A stretch of DNA of 64,000 nt from Christensenellales bacterium (GTDB taxonomy: Bacteria > Bacillota > Clostridia > Christensenellales > MGBC116941), in the NCBI GenBank assembly GCA_050945795.1, contig JBMNTP010000001.1, positions 230,879-294,878 on the forward strand, in the 5' to 3' direction. Positions 17,679-27,641 of the stretch are shown one piece after another (positions within the stretch are counted from its first letter, which is position 1; each line of letters starts with the position of its first letter). Below the pieces are notes generated by a model, which ran no database searches, had not been told where the DNA came from, and saw nothing but the letters and a program-made list of their open reading frames with translations. The position numbers were made by a program, and so were the translations under genes.

Positions 17679-17775
17679 TCTTTAATTACCCCATTCTATT
17701 TAACTTATGGCTCATCAGAAGCTATTTAACTGTATTAACGAGGTTTCGGGTATACATTTACATTTATATTACAAT

Positions 17776-19257
17776 CTACCGCTTTCTTCTATAATAATAC
17801 GAGCTGCCCCGCTGCGACCTTGTCTCCTGCCTTGTCGGCTCGGCGTCAAATTGGCTACCGCTCCTGCGCGTCGGCGCACTTCTTCTCTTTCTCCTGTTCT
17901 TAAAAGAACGCCGTCCCTTCTTTACATCAGACGCTATCCTGACTATAACGACAATCAGGAATATAACTATCGGTATCGCCAACAGCCACCACAGCGAAGC
18001 GCGGTCTTCATCAGAGGAAATGGACTTGCCCGGCTTTGACGGCGTTACGTCGGCTGTACTACCGGCAGCTCCGCCTGTATAGTTTGTGTCATACACATCG
18101 GATTGAGCAACCAGCTTGGCACTTATAAGCTCCTTATCCCCCAACTTGAATGTTACTGTACCCAGCTCATCGCCCGAATAAATGGGGGCAATGAGGTCTT
18201 TATCGTATACCGGCACAACCTCGACATCGTTTATATTTGCTTTAAGGTCTTCTATTTCCTCGCTCGTTCCGGCATAAAAGCTGTCCTCAGGGAATTCATA
18301 CCCCACAGTAAGCACGCCGCCGGAAGGGTCTTCTGCCGAAGCGTTTGTAACATTGGCGGTGAGGGTGCGGGAGGCGAGATGCTCTTTAAGGTCTATTTTT
18401 TGTACCGTATCAAAACCGTATTCAAAAAGCGCCTTTGCCGCTCCCCATCTTGTTGTTCCGTTTTCGCTAGGATCACCGAATATTATTACTATAAGCTCTA
18501 CCCCATCCTTTTCGGCAGAAGCGACAAGGCAGTTTTTAGCCACCGGCGTTGAGCCTGTCTTCATGCCGGTAGCGTATTGATAATTGTACTGCGAATCTTC
18601 CGGTTTATCGGAAAGCAGCTTGTTTGTATTGAATACTTCCTTTGAAGATCCGGCAAAGCTTAGCGTATACGAGCCTGCTCCGGCCGCCTTCATAAATTCC
18701 TCATTCTTGCTTGCTGCGGAGGCTAGTTTAGCGAAATCGCGCGCAGTGGTATAATGCTCTTCGTTCTGCACTCCATGCGAATTCTGGAATTTGGTGCTGC
18801 TCATGCCGAGCTGCGCCGCCTTCTCGTTCATCTTGCCGGCAAACGCGCTCTCGCTTCCGGCCAAGCCCACCGCTACAGCTGACGCAGCGTCGTTTCCCGA
18901 AACAAGCATCATGCCATAAAGCAGCTGCTGATATGATACCTCATGGCCTTGTTTAAGCCCCATAAGGCTGCTGCCCGCCCTTTGGTTAACCTCCGAGCCT
19001 ACTTTTATCGTTGAGTCGAGGTCAACTTCGCTTTCAAGCAACAGCAACGCCGTCATAATCTTTGTGGTACTGGCGGGAAAAACCTTCGTGTCGCCGCTCT
19101 TTACCCACAGTTCTTTGCCCGTCGACGCCTCAATCATAATAGCCGAAGTACCCGGCACTTCCTCCAGCGTCGGTTTTCTCACTTCCGCCAGCGCCGCCGC
19201 CGGAAACAGCATTGTAATCAATATTATAACGGCAAGAAAAGCCGCTGTCTTTTTCAC
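17776..19257 (-). CDS. D-alanyl-D-alanine carboxypeptidase (S11, PBP5/DacB-like) with C-terminal TM helix and basic tail
   Basis: Signal peptide. Motifs SxxK (ASTTK), SxN (SGND) and KTG (KTGST). GTG start lies 9 nt after AAGGAG. Confidence 0.9.
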   Translation of the reverse strand: MKKTAAFLAVIILITMLFPAAALAEVRKPTLEEVPGTSAIMIEASTGKELWVKSGDTKVFPASTTKIMTALLLLESEVDLDSTIKVGSEVNQRAGSSLMGLKQGHEVSYQQLLYGMMLVSGNDAASAVAVGLAGSESAFAGKMNEKAAQLGMSSTKFQNSHGVQNEEHYTTARDFAKLASAASKNEEFMKAAGAGSYTLSFAGSSKEVFNTNKLLSDKPEDSQYNYQYATGMKTGSTPVAKNCLVASAEKDGVELIVIIFGDPSENGTTRWGAAKALFEYGFDTVQKIDLKEHLASRTLTANVTNASAEDPSGGVLTVGYEFPEDSFYAGTSEEIEDLKANINDVEVVPVYDKDLIAPIYSGDELGTVTFKLGDKELISAKLVAQSDVYDTNYTGGAAGSTADVTPSKPGKSISSDEDRASLWWLLAIPIVIFLIVVIVRIASDVKKGRRSFKNRRKRRSAPTRRSGSQFDAEPTRQETRSQRGSSYYYRRKR

Positions 19258-19411
19258 TTTTATAATCTCCTTAATTTGTTGGAATATTAAGATTTGTTAA
19301 TTATATCAATTCTTGTCGTATTTGTACAGCAATGTAAAAAAGCCGTTTATGGGCTTAGATTCATTATTTTACCAGCCGATTAAAGCTAAAATGTATTTCC
19401 TTTGAGAGTTG

Positions 19412-19420
19412 TGTTATAAT
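19412..19420 (+). promoter_or_regulatory. Extended -10 promoter element upstream of the response regulator
   Basis: TGTTATAAAT-type element: TGt at 19412-19414 followed by TATAAT at 19415-19420. The -35 is weak. Confidence 0.5.
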
Positions 19421-19455
19421 GTAATAAGTAAATGAACTAAGGGGCGCATCAGCTT

Positions 19456-20142
19456 ATGAATAAAACTATTCTCATTGTTGACGACGAGCCTTTAATCATT
19501 AAGGGGCTCAAATATAGCCTGGAGCAAGACGGCTATTCGGTTGAAACCGCTTTAGACGGCGAGCAGGGCTTAAAAATAATAAAAGGCGGCGGCATCGATA
19601 TGGTGCTGCTTGATGTTATGCTTCCTAGCATGAGCGGCATTGAAGTATGTCAGCGGGTGCGGGAATTTTCTCAGGTGCCTATAATAATGCTTACCGCGAA
19701 AGGCGAGGATATGGATAAAATAATCGGCCTCGAATACGGCGCCGATGATTATATGACTAAGCCTTTCAACGTGCTTGAGGTAAAAGCACGCATAAAATCA
19801 ATATTTCGCCGTTCCAATGCCGGAAACGACAAAAACAGGATGACATTTGAGGCAGACGGTCTTAAAATTAATCTTGTAAACCGCAGTGTGTCGCTTGATG
19901 GCAAAATGGTTAACCTTACCGCCAAGGAGTTTGACCTGCTTCATCTGTTTATAACAAACCGGGGCAAGGTTTTTTCGCGCAGCGATCTGCTCGAAACAAT
20001 CTGGAAATACGACTACCTCGGTGATTTGCGCACAGTTGACGTGCATATAAGGCGGCTTCGCGAAAAAATAGAGCGTGACCCCGCCAAACCCAGCTTTATA
20101 CTTACAAAATGGGGAGTGGGTTATTATTTCAAGGATTTCTAA
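19456..20142 (+). CDS. OmpR/PhoB-family response regulator (WalR/YycF-like)
   Basis: Receiver domain (DDEP, LLDVMLP, TKPF) plus winged-helix output ending in WGVGYYF. Confidence 0.9.
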   Translation: MNKTILIVDDEPLIIKGLKYSLEQDGYSVETALDGEQGLKIIKGGGIDMVLLDVMLPSMSGIEVCQRVREFSQVPIIMLTAKGEDMDKIIGLEYGADDYMTKPFNVLEVKARIKSIFRRSNAGNDKNRMTFEADGLKINLVNRSVSLDGKMVNLTAKEFDLLHLFITNRGKVFSRSDLLETIWKYDYLGDLRTVDVHIRRLREKIERDPAKPSFILTKWGVGYYFKDF

Positions 20143-21553
20143 AGCCGTCACTTCCATACGCTGGAAGACGGTATTCGCCTTTCTGCTTATATTTACGGTG
20201 GCCATCGCCTCCATCGGCTTTTCAATAGTCCGTGTGCTGGAGGCTTTTCTCGTTTCCGAGCGAGTTAAAGAGCAAGCGGCGCAGACAGACGCCTTTGCCG
20301 TACAGGCGGCGCCATACCTCGCAAACTTTGACGCGCAGGGCATGTACGAGCTATGCTATCAAAACGGTGGCAACATAGGCGGCCGAGTAATAATACTAGA
20401 CGATGCCGGCGTTGTGCAGGCGGACGGCCTTTCTTTATTAAATGGCCAAAGGCTTACGCATAATGAAATATCGGGTATACTCGCCGGCCATACGCCGCGC
20501 TCTCACGCTTTTCACCGCCTAACATCATACAATTCAGGAATATGGGCCGTTTATTATACATCGGCCATAGTCCAAAACGGGCGCACGCTCGGCGTACTTC
20601 TAGCGTCGGTATCAATGCAGGACATAACAGACACAATAAGAGAAATAACAAACCGCCTTGCGCTTATATCTTTTATAGCGGCAGTGGCGGTATGCATTAT
20701 GTGCATAATTGCCTCCGGCTATATAACAAAGCCGTTGGGCGCTTTCGCACAGGCTGTTCACAGTCTTAGCCTCGGCAGATTCGATAAGCGGGTTGAGGTT
20801 AAAGGCAAAAGCGAGCTGGCGCAGCTTTCCCATGCCTTTAATATGATGAGCGAAAAGCTGGAGGATTTAGACCATACGCGCAACGAATTCGTATCAAACG
20901 CTTCGCATGAGCTTAAAACTCCGCTTAGCACCATGAAGATACTTATAGAAACGCTGCTTTATCAACAGCCGCTCGATCCCGTTATGGCAAAGGAATTCCT
21001 AACCGACATAAACGCCGAAATAGACCGGCTAAACAATGTTATAGTTGACCTCCTTGCCATAGTTCAAACAGAGGAGCTTCATAATCCGCTGCACCGTGAG
21101 CCGGTGCTGCTTGGAGAGCTGCTTTCACGCATAACATCCAAGCTGCGGCCGCTTGCCGAATCAAAAAACCTAGAGTTTCGCCTAAATCTGGAAGAAGAAA
21201 TCGCCACGGTTTGCGACTCTCTTAAAATGGAGCTGGCGCTTTCCAACATAATAGACAACGCCATAAAATACACTAACGAAGGCTCGGTAGTTGTTCACAT
21301 GTATCGAAACGCGCAGCAGGCGTATATAGTTGTTAAAGATACCGGCATAGGGATACCGCAAAAAGAGGTCAGCCGTATATTCGACAGGTTTTACCGCGTT
21401 GACAAGGCACGTTCTCGAAATACCGGCGGCACCGGACTTGGCCTGTCGATAGCTCAGCGCATAATATCGCTGCATAACGGCCTTATAACTGTAGACAGCG
21501 CCGAAGGCAGCGGAACAGTATTCACCGTGCGCCTTCCGGTAGTAAGCTCATAA
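20075..21553 (+). CDS. Sensor histidine kinase (2 TM, about 150-aa extracytoplasmic domain, HAMP, DHp, HATPase; no cytoplasmic PAS)
   Basis: H-box SNASHELKTPLS, N-box DNAIKYT, G1 DTGIGI, G2 GGTGLGLSIA. The start is uncertain: GTG 20075 overlaps the regulator by 68 nt, and ATT 20123 follows a GGGGAG SD. Confidence 0.85.
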   Translation: MTPPNPALYLQNGEWVIISRISKAVTSIRWKTVFAFLLIFTVAIASIGFSIVRVLEAFLVSERVKEQAAQTDAFAVQAAPYLANFDAQGMYELCYQNGGNIGGRVIILDDAGVVQADGLSLLNGQRLTHNEISGILAGHTPRSHAFHRLTSYNSGIWAVYYTSAIVQNGRTLGVLLASVSMQDITDTIREITNRLALISFIAAVAVCIMCIIASGYITKPLGAFAQAVHSLSLGRFDKRVEVKGKSELAQLSHAFNMMSEKLEDLDHTRNEFVSNASHELKTPLSTMKILIETLLYQQPLDPVMAKEFLTDINAEIDRLNNVIVDLLAIVQTEELHNPLHREPVLLGELLSRITSKLRPLAESKNLEFRLNLEEEIATVCDSLKMELALSNIIDNAIKYTNEGSVVVHMYRNAQQAYIVVKDTGIGIPQKEVSRIFDRFYRVDKARSRNTGGTGLGLSIAQRIISLHNGLITVDSAEGSGTVFTVRLPVVSS

Positions 21554-21573
21554 CCCGAAGATAGAGGATTAAT

Positions 21574-22569
21574 ATGATTAAGCATCAGTTTAAAAAAATA
21601 TCGGCTCTGTTGGCGGCGGCGGTGGCGCTGTCATTTGGCGGCTGCACATTTTTTATAGAATCGCAGCCGCAAGAGCAGGGTCTTGTCGATATAAACCCCA
21701 CAGAGCAGGATACTCAGCGCGAGGCCCGCACCACCACGCTGTATTTTAGATACGAGCGCGAGGAGCTTTTGGCCGGTATAAGCATCAACATAAACGTGCC
21801 TTCAAACAAACAGTATGATGAAGTGGTGCTGCGTTCGCTTATAAACGGGCCGGGGCTTAACCCGCCCGAATTTGTACCGGTTATAAACCCAGAAACGCAG
21901 GTGCTCAGCGTAACTTCAAATAGCGATTTACTGTTTATAACATTCAGCCCCGAATTTTTTCACCCCATGCCCGACATACCCTCAAACTGGCAGGAAGACC
22001 CCATATGGGTTGAGGAGGTGCAACTTCAGCGGCGGCTGGCCGTATGGAGCGTTGTAAACACAATGACGAGCATTGGCAAATATACTCGCGTACAAATACT
22101 TATTGACGATGGCAACTCTATAGGCGCGCACAGGATATCCCGCGCCGCCGCCGGTTTTTCGGGCGATGGAAGGGATGATGAGCTGCTCGAAGAACTGGCT
22201 CGCAGCCCCGAAGTGCTTATGACGGCGGCAAACAGCGCTCAACTGGCTTTTCGCGCTATAACTATAAAGGATTGGAAACGGCTTTATTCGCTTATAGCAC
22301 CGGTAGGAGCCGACGGCAACGAACGCCCTAGCGAAGAGGATTTTATAAAAGACATGCAGTCTTTTACCGGCATTGTCGAATATTACGCCATACACGGCGA
22401 AAGCGTATCGCCCGACGGCGTAAGCATAATAGTCAACGCCGATATATCAACGCAGGACAGAAACGGCAGGGTCTTTGAAAGGCAGGATATACCGCTTAAA
22501 ATGATACAGGACAACGGCATATGGAAGATAGAATATCCGTCCGTAAGCCTATTGCTGTTCGAGGTATAA
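21574..22569 (+). CDS. Lipoprotein with one GerMN domain
   Basis: Lipobox LSFGGC. GerMN-like pattern TTLYFRY...LRSLINGP...LLFITFSPEF. Confidence 0.7.
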   Translation: MIKHQFKKISALLAAAVALSFGGCTFFIESQPQEQGLVDINPTEQDTQREARTTTLYFRYEREELLAGISININVPSNKQYDEVVLRSLINGPGLNPPEFVPVINPETQVLSVTSNSDLLFITFSPEFFHPMPDIPSNWQEDPIWVEEVQLQRRLAVWSVVNTMTSIGKYTRVQILIDDGNSIGAHRISRAAAGFSGDGRDDELLEELARSPEVLMTAANSAQLAFRAITIKDWKRLYSLIAPVGADGNERPSEEDFIKDMQSFTGIVEYYAIHGESVSPDGVSIIVNADISTQDRNGRVFERQDIPLKMIQDNGIWKIEYPSVSLLLFEV

Positions 22570-22573
22570 AGAC

Positions 22574-23995
22574 ATGAAGCGTATTATTGCGATAATTTTA
22601 GCGTTTAGCCTGCTGTCCGGCTGCGCGACCCAAAGCATAAACGGCGCGCATTTTAGCCCGCTTCCCATGCCGACGCCGCAAGAAGGAGAATATACCGACA
22701 ATCGTGCCGCCAACGTCACGCTTTTTTTCCCCGGCCGCGACAATACGCTCGAAGCCGAGGTGCGTGAGGTGACATTATCAGAAGGCACAACTCTGCCCGA
22801 ATCGGCGCTCGCCGCGCTTATAGAAGGGCCGGAATCGCCCTCTCTAAGACGCGCGCTGCCCGAGGACGTTACGGCGTCTTTAGAGCTGTCACGCAATCTT
22901 GTGAATGTATATTTTGACTCAGGGTTTGAAGAACAGGAACACGCCGACCGCCTGCTTTCGCATATTGCCGTAGTAAACACGCTTTGCGCCATAGACGGCA
23001 TAGACTATGTAAGCGTGTTTTATAACGGCTCGGAACTGGGCGCTTCTAGCGCACCGCTCGGAGCCATGCAAAGCTATTCCGGCGATATAGGCGTTCTTAG
23101 CCTTCAGCTTGCTGGATACGCATCCGGCAACGCGGAACATCGGCTTTTTGTTCCGGTATATTTTGTAGACGCTCTTGGCAAATACCTGTTGCCCGAAATA
23201 AGGGAGATAACAGTGACCGGCGGCAACTACGCCGCCGCCATAATAGAGGAGCTAAAGCGCGGGCCTATATCTTCCGGTTTGCTACCCTCTATCGACCCTG
23301 ACATAGCGCTTTTATCCCTTACTCCCTTGGCGCTAAATGACGACGCCAAATTCGTCGAGCTTTCTTTTGGCTCCATGCCGGGTATAATACGCCCGGGCGG
23401 CGACAGCGAGGCGCTGGCTTACGCAGCGCTGGCGTATTCGCTTTCCGGCATTGCCGCGCCGCGTCTGCGCTTTATACTTGGCGGCAATCCTGTGCCAAGG
23501 GTGGGTGATATACCTTTAGACAACGGATTTTGCACCTCGAAAGACTTCTTTGAATATCTTGGCAACGATATAACGCTGTACTATCCGCACGCCGAATTTC
23601 CTTCTCTTATAACGGTGCGGCGCGCTGTGCATAACAGCGAAGCTCGTTATTTCTCTGTAAGAATGGCTCAACTTATGAGCGGCCCGTCGTCCGTCGATTC
23701 AGACGCCTGGCCTATATTCCCGGGCGGAGTCACCAGCGGCGATGTATTGAACTTCGATATAAGCGATGATATACTCTTTATTAATTTGAGCGAGAACTTT
23801 GCTGAACGGTGCGCTTCAATGGACCATAACGACGAAATGCTTATGGTATACTCCATCACAAATTCCATGACCGGAGTAAGAGGCATAAACCGCGTTTATT
23901 TCCTTGTAGAAGGGCAGCCCATAGAATCAATAGCGGGGCATTTGTGGTATGGCCGCCCGTTCCTTAGAAATCCCGGGCTTATATACCGCCAATAA
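22574..23995 (+). CDS. Lipoprotein with three GerMN domains (GerM-like)
   Basis: Lipobox LLSGC. Three repeats fit the GerMN pattern: VTLFFP...ALIEGP...VNVYFDSGF; VPVYFVD...ELKRGP...FVELSF; ITLYYPH...QLMSGP...LFINLSENF. Confidence 0.75.
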   Translation: MKRIIAIILAFSLLSGCATQSINGAHFSPLPMPTPQEGEYTDNRAANVTLFFPGRDNTLEAEVREVTLSEGTTLPESALAALIEGPESPSLRRALPEDVTASLELSRNLVNVYFDSGFEEQEHADRLLSHIAVVNTLCAIDGIDYVSVFYNGSELGASSAPLGAMQSYSGDIGVLSLQLAGYASGNAEHRLFVPVYFVDALGKYLLPEIREITVTGGNYAAAIIEELKRGPISSGLLPSIDPDIALLSLTPLALNDDAKFVELSFGSMPGIIRPGGDSEALAYAALAYSLSGIAAPRLRFILGGNPVPRVGDIPLDNGFCTSKDFFEYLGNDITLYYPHAEFPSLITVRRAVHNSEARYFSVRMAQLMSGPSSVDSDAWPIFPGGVTSGDVLNFDISDDILFINLSENFAERCASMDHNDEMLMVYSITNSMTGVRGINRVYFLVEGQPIESIAGHLWYGRPFLRNPGLIYRQ

Positions 23996-24022
23996 TTCGC
24001 GGTGCGCGTTAAGGAGGCTTTT

Positions 24023-24508
24023 TTGAACACACGAAAACTCGTACTCGCCAGCGTGTTTTGCGCGGCGACTGTAGTGCTTACTAGATTTGTTTCGTTTCCC
24101 GTCGGCGGTATAGCCGGCACCCCTGCATACATACACCCGGGAGACGCTGTAATATTCCTGTCCGCCTTTATGCTCGGCCCATTGCCGGCCGCGGCGATAG
24201 GCGGCATAAGCGGCGTTATAGCCGACGTTACAGCGGGAGCCGCCATATACGCGCTGCCTACCCTTATTATAAAGGCGGCTATGGCGTTCGCTGCCGGACA
24301 TTTTATGAAAAAAAGCTCCTTTTGGCGGGGTATGGCGGGTATGCTTATAGGCGCAGCCATAATGTGCTTTGGCTATTTTATATTTGAATATTTCTTTTTC
24401 AATCCCGCCGCCGCTATAGCAGCGCTGCCGTTTAATTTAATACAGGCGGCGTTTGGAATAGCCGCCGGTTCGGCGCTTATCGCCGCGCTTAGAAAACACA
24501 AAATGTAA
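24023..24508 (+). CDS. ECF transporter S component (substrate unknown)
   Basis: Polytopic 161-aa protein with an IHPGDAVIFLSAFMLGP segment typical of ECF S components. TTG start lies 5 nt after AAGGAGG. Confidence 0.6.
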   Translation: MNTRKLVLASVFCAATVVLTRFVSFPVGGIAGTPAYIHPGDAVIFLSAFMLGPLPAAAIGGISGVIADVTAGAAIYALPTLIIKAAMAFAAGHFMKKSSFWRGMAGMLIGAAIMCFGYFIFEYFFFNPAAAIAALPFNLIQAAFGIAAGSALIAALRKHKM

Positions 24509-24546
24509 CAGCCTTTTAAATTAAATAGTTATTTGGAGGTTACGCT

Positions 24547-25275
24547 ATGAAGCTTACTATTCTCGGCTGCAATGGACCTTTTTCCGCTAAAGGAGGCGCG
24601 TGCTCTGGATATCTTTTTGAGCATGGCGATACCGCATTGCTTGCCGATTGCGGCAGCGGCGTGCTTGAAAAGCTTATGGCGCATATCGAGCCTTCTCGGC
24701 TTAGCGCGGTACTGCTCTCACACCTCCACTTCGACCATATAGCGGACATGCCGATTTTCGGTTATTATATGCAGTTTAAGGATATGCTTGAGCCACCGGC
24801 TCCGGCCATACCGATATTCGCGCCCGCCTCTCCTTTAACAGAGCGCGGCCTGCTGTCCTCCCCTTACTTCGCACTTTCAAACCTTTTTAATGGCTTTAAT
24901 CAAAGCTTTGGCTCGATATCTGTAACAGCATTTAAAGCGACCCATTCGCTTGAAACATACGCCCTTAAATTCGAAGCAAACGGCACGTCTATATTCTATA
25001 CCGCAGACACCCGTATGAGCCGCGAAATAATAGCGGCGGCAGCAGGCTGCCGCTTGCTGCTTTGCGATGCTGTGCTGCCCCAGCGCCTTGTCACCGACAA
25101 AACTCCGCATATGTCTGCGCTTGACGCCGGAGAGCTGGCGCACCAATGCGGCTGTGAAACGCTGATACTAACCCACCTCTGCCCGCTTATCGACAGCGAT
25201 GAAATACTTAAAGAAGCCAAATCCCGCTTTGAAAATACATTCCTCGCCGCTTCCGGATCCACATACATCGTCTGA
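24547..25275 (+). CDS. MBL-fold metallo-hydrolase (YycJ/WalJ-like)
   Basis: HLHFDH (HxHxDH) motif. About 240 aa, beginning MKLTILGCNGPF. Confidence 0.8.
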   Translation: MKLTILGCNGPFSAKGGACSGYLFEHGDTALLADCGSGVLEKLMAHIEPSRLSAVLLSHLHFDHIADMPIFGYYMQFKDMLEPPAPAIPIFAPASPLTERGLLSSPYFALSNLFNGFNQSFGSISVTAFKATHSLETYALKFEANGTSIFYTADTRMSREIIAAAAGCRLLLCDAVLPQRLVTDKTPHMSALDAGELAHQCGCETLILTHLCPLIDSDEILKEAKSRFENTFLAASGSTYIV

Positions 25276-25297
25276 TACCGCCTCTTAGGAGAATGCC

Positions 25298-27640
25298 ATG
25301 GACAAAGACCCCGCGCCAAGACGGCCGCGCGTAATCAGCCGCCGCCCTCTGGCGATGGTATCGCTAAGTTACATAGCCGGTATATACCTCGCATGGCTTT
25401 TGCTGCCGGCATTGCCGCTGTGGCTTATAGCGATAGCGGCGGCGTTTATAATATCGGCTTTTTTCGTGCCGCGTGCCGCGCTTGCTTTTGTATGCGCGGC
25501 TTTTTCTATATTAGGCATGGTATGCTTTTCCGTAGCTGCTAATCCTCATATATCTCAAGTACCGAACGAAAAAGTGGCTATAAGCGGCACGGTAACCGGC
25601 GCATCCTCTATAAGCAGCGGCGGCTATAATGTCTATTGTCTTGAAGCGGCGGAATATACCTCGCCTGATGGACAAAAGCATAAGCTAAGCGGGCTTGTTC
25701 AAGTGTATTCGTCCGGCATTATTCCAAATCATGGTCAGCGCGCGCTTATAAACGGTGCCCTTTCCATGCCTCAAGGGCCACGCAATCCCGGCGAGCCGGA
25801 CTATCGTCTAAATCTTTTATCAAGCGGCATACATTATACCGCCTTCGCATCCGGCTCTATAATATACGGCGAGCCGGCTAAAGGCGTATTGCCCTTTCTA
25901 ATCGGCATAAGAGAAGCACTTACCTCCGGACTAGCGTCTGTAATGCCTGATACCACCGCCCCTGCCGCCGCTGCCATGCTTTTTGGCAATACAGGCGGAC
26001 TTGAGTCAACGGATATAGCAGCGTTCCGCCAAAGCGGCATAGCGCATCTTTTGGCGGTATCGGGGCTTCACACTGGCTTTCTAGTGCTGGCGGCGTCGCT
26101 TTTGCTGCGGCTCTTCGGGGCAGGCAAAAGACTCTCGTATTTTATAACAATGGCGCTCCTTATAATATACTGCGGCATATGCGGATTCGCCATCTCGATA
26201 ATACGCGCCACTATAATGGCAGCGTTCACGCTTGGCGCCGCCGCTTTAGGACGCAAAAACGATTTGCCCACCTCGCTGCTTTTCTCAGCCATGCTTATAC
26301 TTATCATTAACCCGCTTGAAGCGGCGTCGGCTGGTTTTCAGCTTTCTTACGGCGCTGTCGGCGGCATAATGCTTTTAGAGCCGCGCTTAACGCCGCCCCT
26401 TTTAAAGATAAGGCTGCCTAAATACCTGGCCTCATCTATATCGGTATCGCTCGCGGCGCAGTTGGGCGCGTCGCCTTTTCAAATGCAAATCTTTAATACC
26501 ATAAGCCCACTCTCGCTTTTCGTAAACCTAATAGCCATACCTGCCTCCGCCGTATCCGCACTCGCCGGACTTTTCGCCGCGCCGCTCGCTCTTATTTTTA
26601 GACCTCTGGCGCTGCCCTTTGGTTTTATATGCAGCCTTTTTACCGACATTATAAATAGCAGCGCACGCATAGCATGGCGGCTGCCGCTGGCGTCTTTAAG
26701 CGCGCCGTCCCCCGGATACGCGGCTATCGCTCTGTTTTTCATACTGCTTTTTATAACATCACGGCATATTAATATAAACAGGGCGGTTCGGCTGTCGGTA
26801 TGCGCAACTTTAGCCGCCTTGATAGCGCTTTTTATAGCACTGCCCCGCCTGCCCCGCGGCCTTACAATCACCTTCCTTGACGCTGGGCAAAGCGACTGTG
26901 CCTACATACAAACGCCGGACGGGCGGCAATACCTAATAGACGGCGGAGGCGGCAACACCCGCAACTATGACGATTATCAAACCGCTTACCGTTTTTTGCT
27001 GCGGCGCGGCAACGCGTCACTAAACGGCATATTCGTATCGCATGGCGATTCCGACCATATAGCCGGCCTCATACCCATAATAGACAACTCCGCCCCCTGC
27101 GACATTATTATGCCGCCTTATGCCTTAGCAAACGAAAGGCCGCTTTTAGACCTTATAGCGTCGGCAAAAAACCGCGGCTTTAGAATAGTCGGCGGGGCAG
27201 AAGGAGATATATTTGATTTAGGCGGCGGCGTTACCGCAAGAGTTATACACCCTGGCCGCGATGGCAGTGTGTTTGACTCCAACTCTTCCTCACTTTGTCT
27301 GCTTATAGAATACTACGATTTTGCCGCGCTTTTCACCGGCGACATTGATGCCGAAACCGAGCGCTCGCTTATATATAAAGGCATTTCCGCCGATGTGCTA
27401 AAGGTATCGCATCACGGCAGCGGCTACTCATCCGACGCCGTTTTCTTAAACGCCGTTTCGCCGCAATATGCCGTTATAAGCTGCTCTATCTCAAACCCTT
27501 ACGGCCATCCCTCCGACACTACTTTAGACAGACTGGATAATGCCGGAGCCAAAATACTTCGCACAGACTTCGACGGGGCGGTGACAATACGGCGGGTAAA
27601 TGGTAGAATAAATGTCAGCACAATAAACGAAAGGCCCTGA
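25298..27640 (+). CDS. comEC: DNA internalization-related competence protein ComEC/Rec2
   Basis: Polytopic competence domain followed by a C-terminal MBL domain (FLDAGQSDC, SHGDSDHIAG, KVSHHGS). Confidence 0.9.
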   Translation: MDKDPAPRRPRVISRRPLAMVSLSYIAGIYLAWLLLPALPLWLIAIAAAFIISAFFVPRAALAFVCAAFSILGMVCFSVAANPHISQVPNEKVAISGTVTGASSISSGGYNVYCLEAAEYTSPDGQKHKLSGLVQVYSSGIIPNHGQRALINGALSMPQGPRNPGEPDYRLNLLSSGIHYTAFASGSIIYGEPAKGVLPFLIGIREALTSGLASVMPDTTAPAAAAMLFGNTGGLESTDIAAFRQSGIAHLLAVSGLHTGFLVLAASLLLRLFGAGKRLSYFITMALLIIYCGICGFAISIIRATIMAAFTLGAAALGRKNDLPTSLLFSAMLILIINPLEAASAGFQLSYGAVGGIMLLEPRLTPPLLKIRLPKYLASSISVSLAAQLGASPFQMQIFNTISPLSLFVNLIAIPASAVSALAGLFAAPLALIFRPLALPFGFICSLFTDIINSSARIAWRLPLASLSAPSPGYAAIALFFILLFITSRHININRAVRLSVCATLAALIALFIALPRLPRGLTITFLDAGQSDCAYIQTPDGRQYLIDGGGGNTRNYDDYQTAYRFLLRRGNASLNGIFVSHGDSDHIAGLIPIIDNSAPCDIIMPPYALANERPLLDLIASAKNRGFRIVGGAEGDIFDLGGGVTARVIHPGRDGSVFDSNSSSLCLLIEYYDFAALFTGDIDAETERSLIYKGISADVLKVSHHGSGYSSDAVFLNAVSPQYAVISCSISNPYGHPSDTTLDRLDNAGAKILRTDFDGAVTIRRVNGRINVSTINERP

Positions 27641-27641
27641 T

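Noticed and set aside
19323-19338. WalR-like half-sites TGTACA-gcaa-TGTAAA between the dacB-like gene and the response regulator
   Set aside because: The spacer is 4 nt rather than the 5 nt of the TGTWAH-N5-TGTWAH consensus, and the first half-site deviates at position 5. This is too weak to call.
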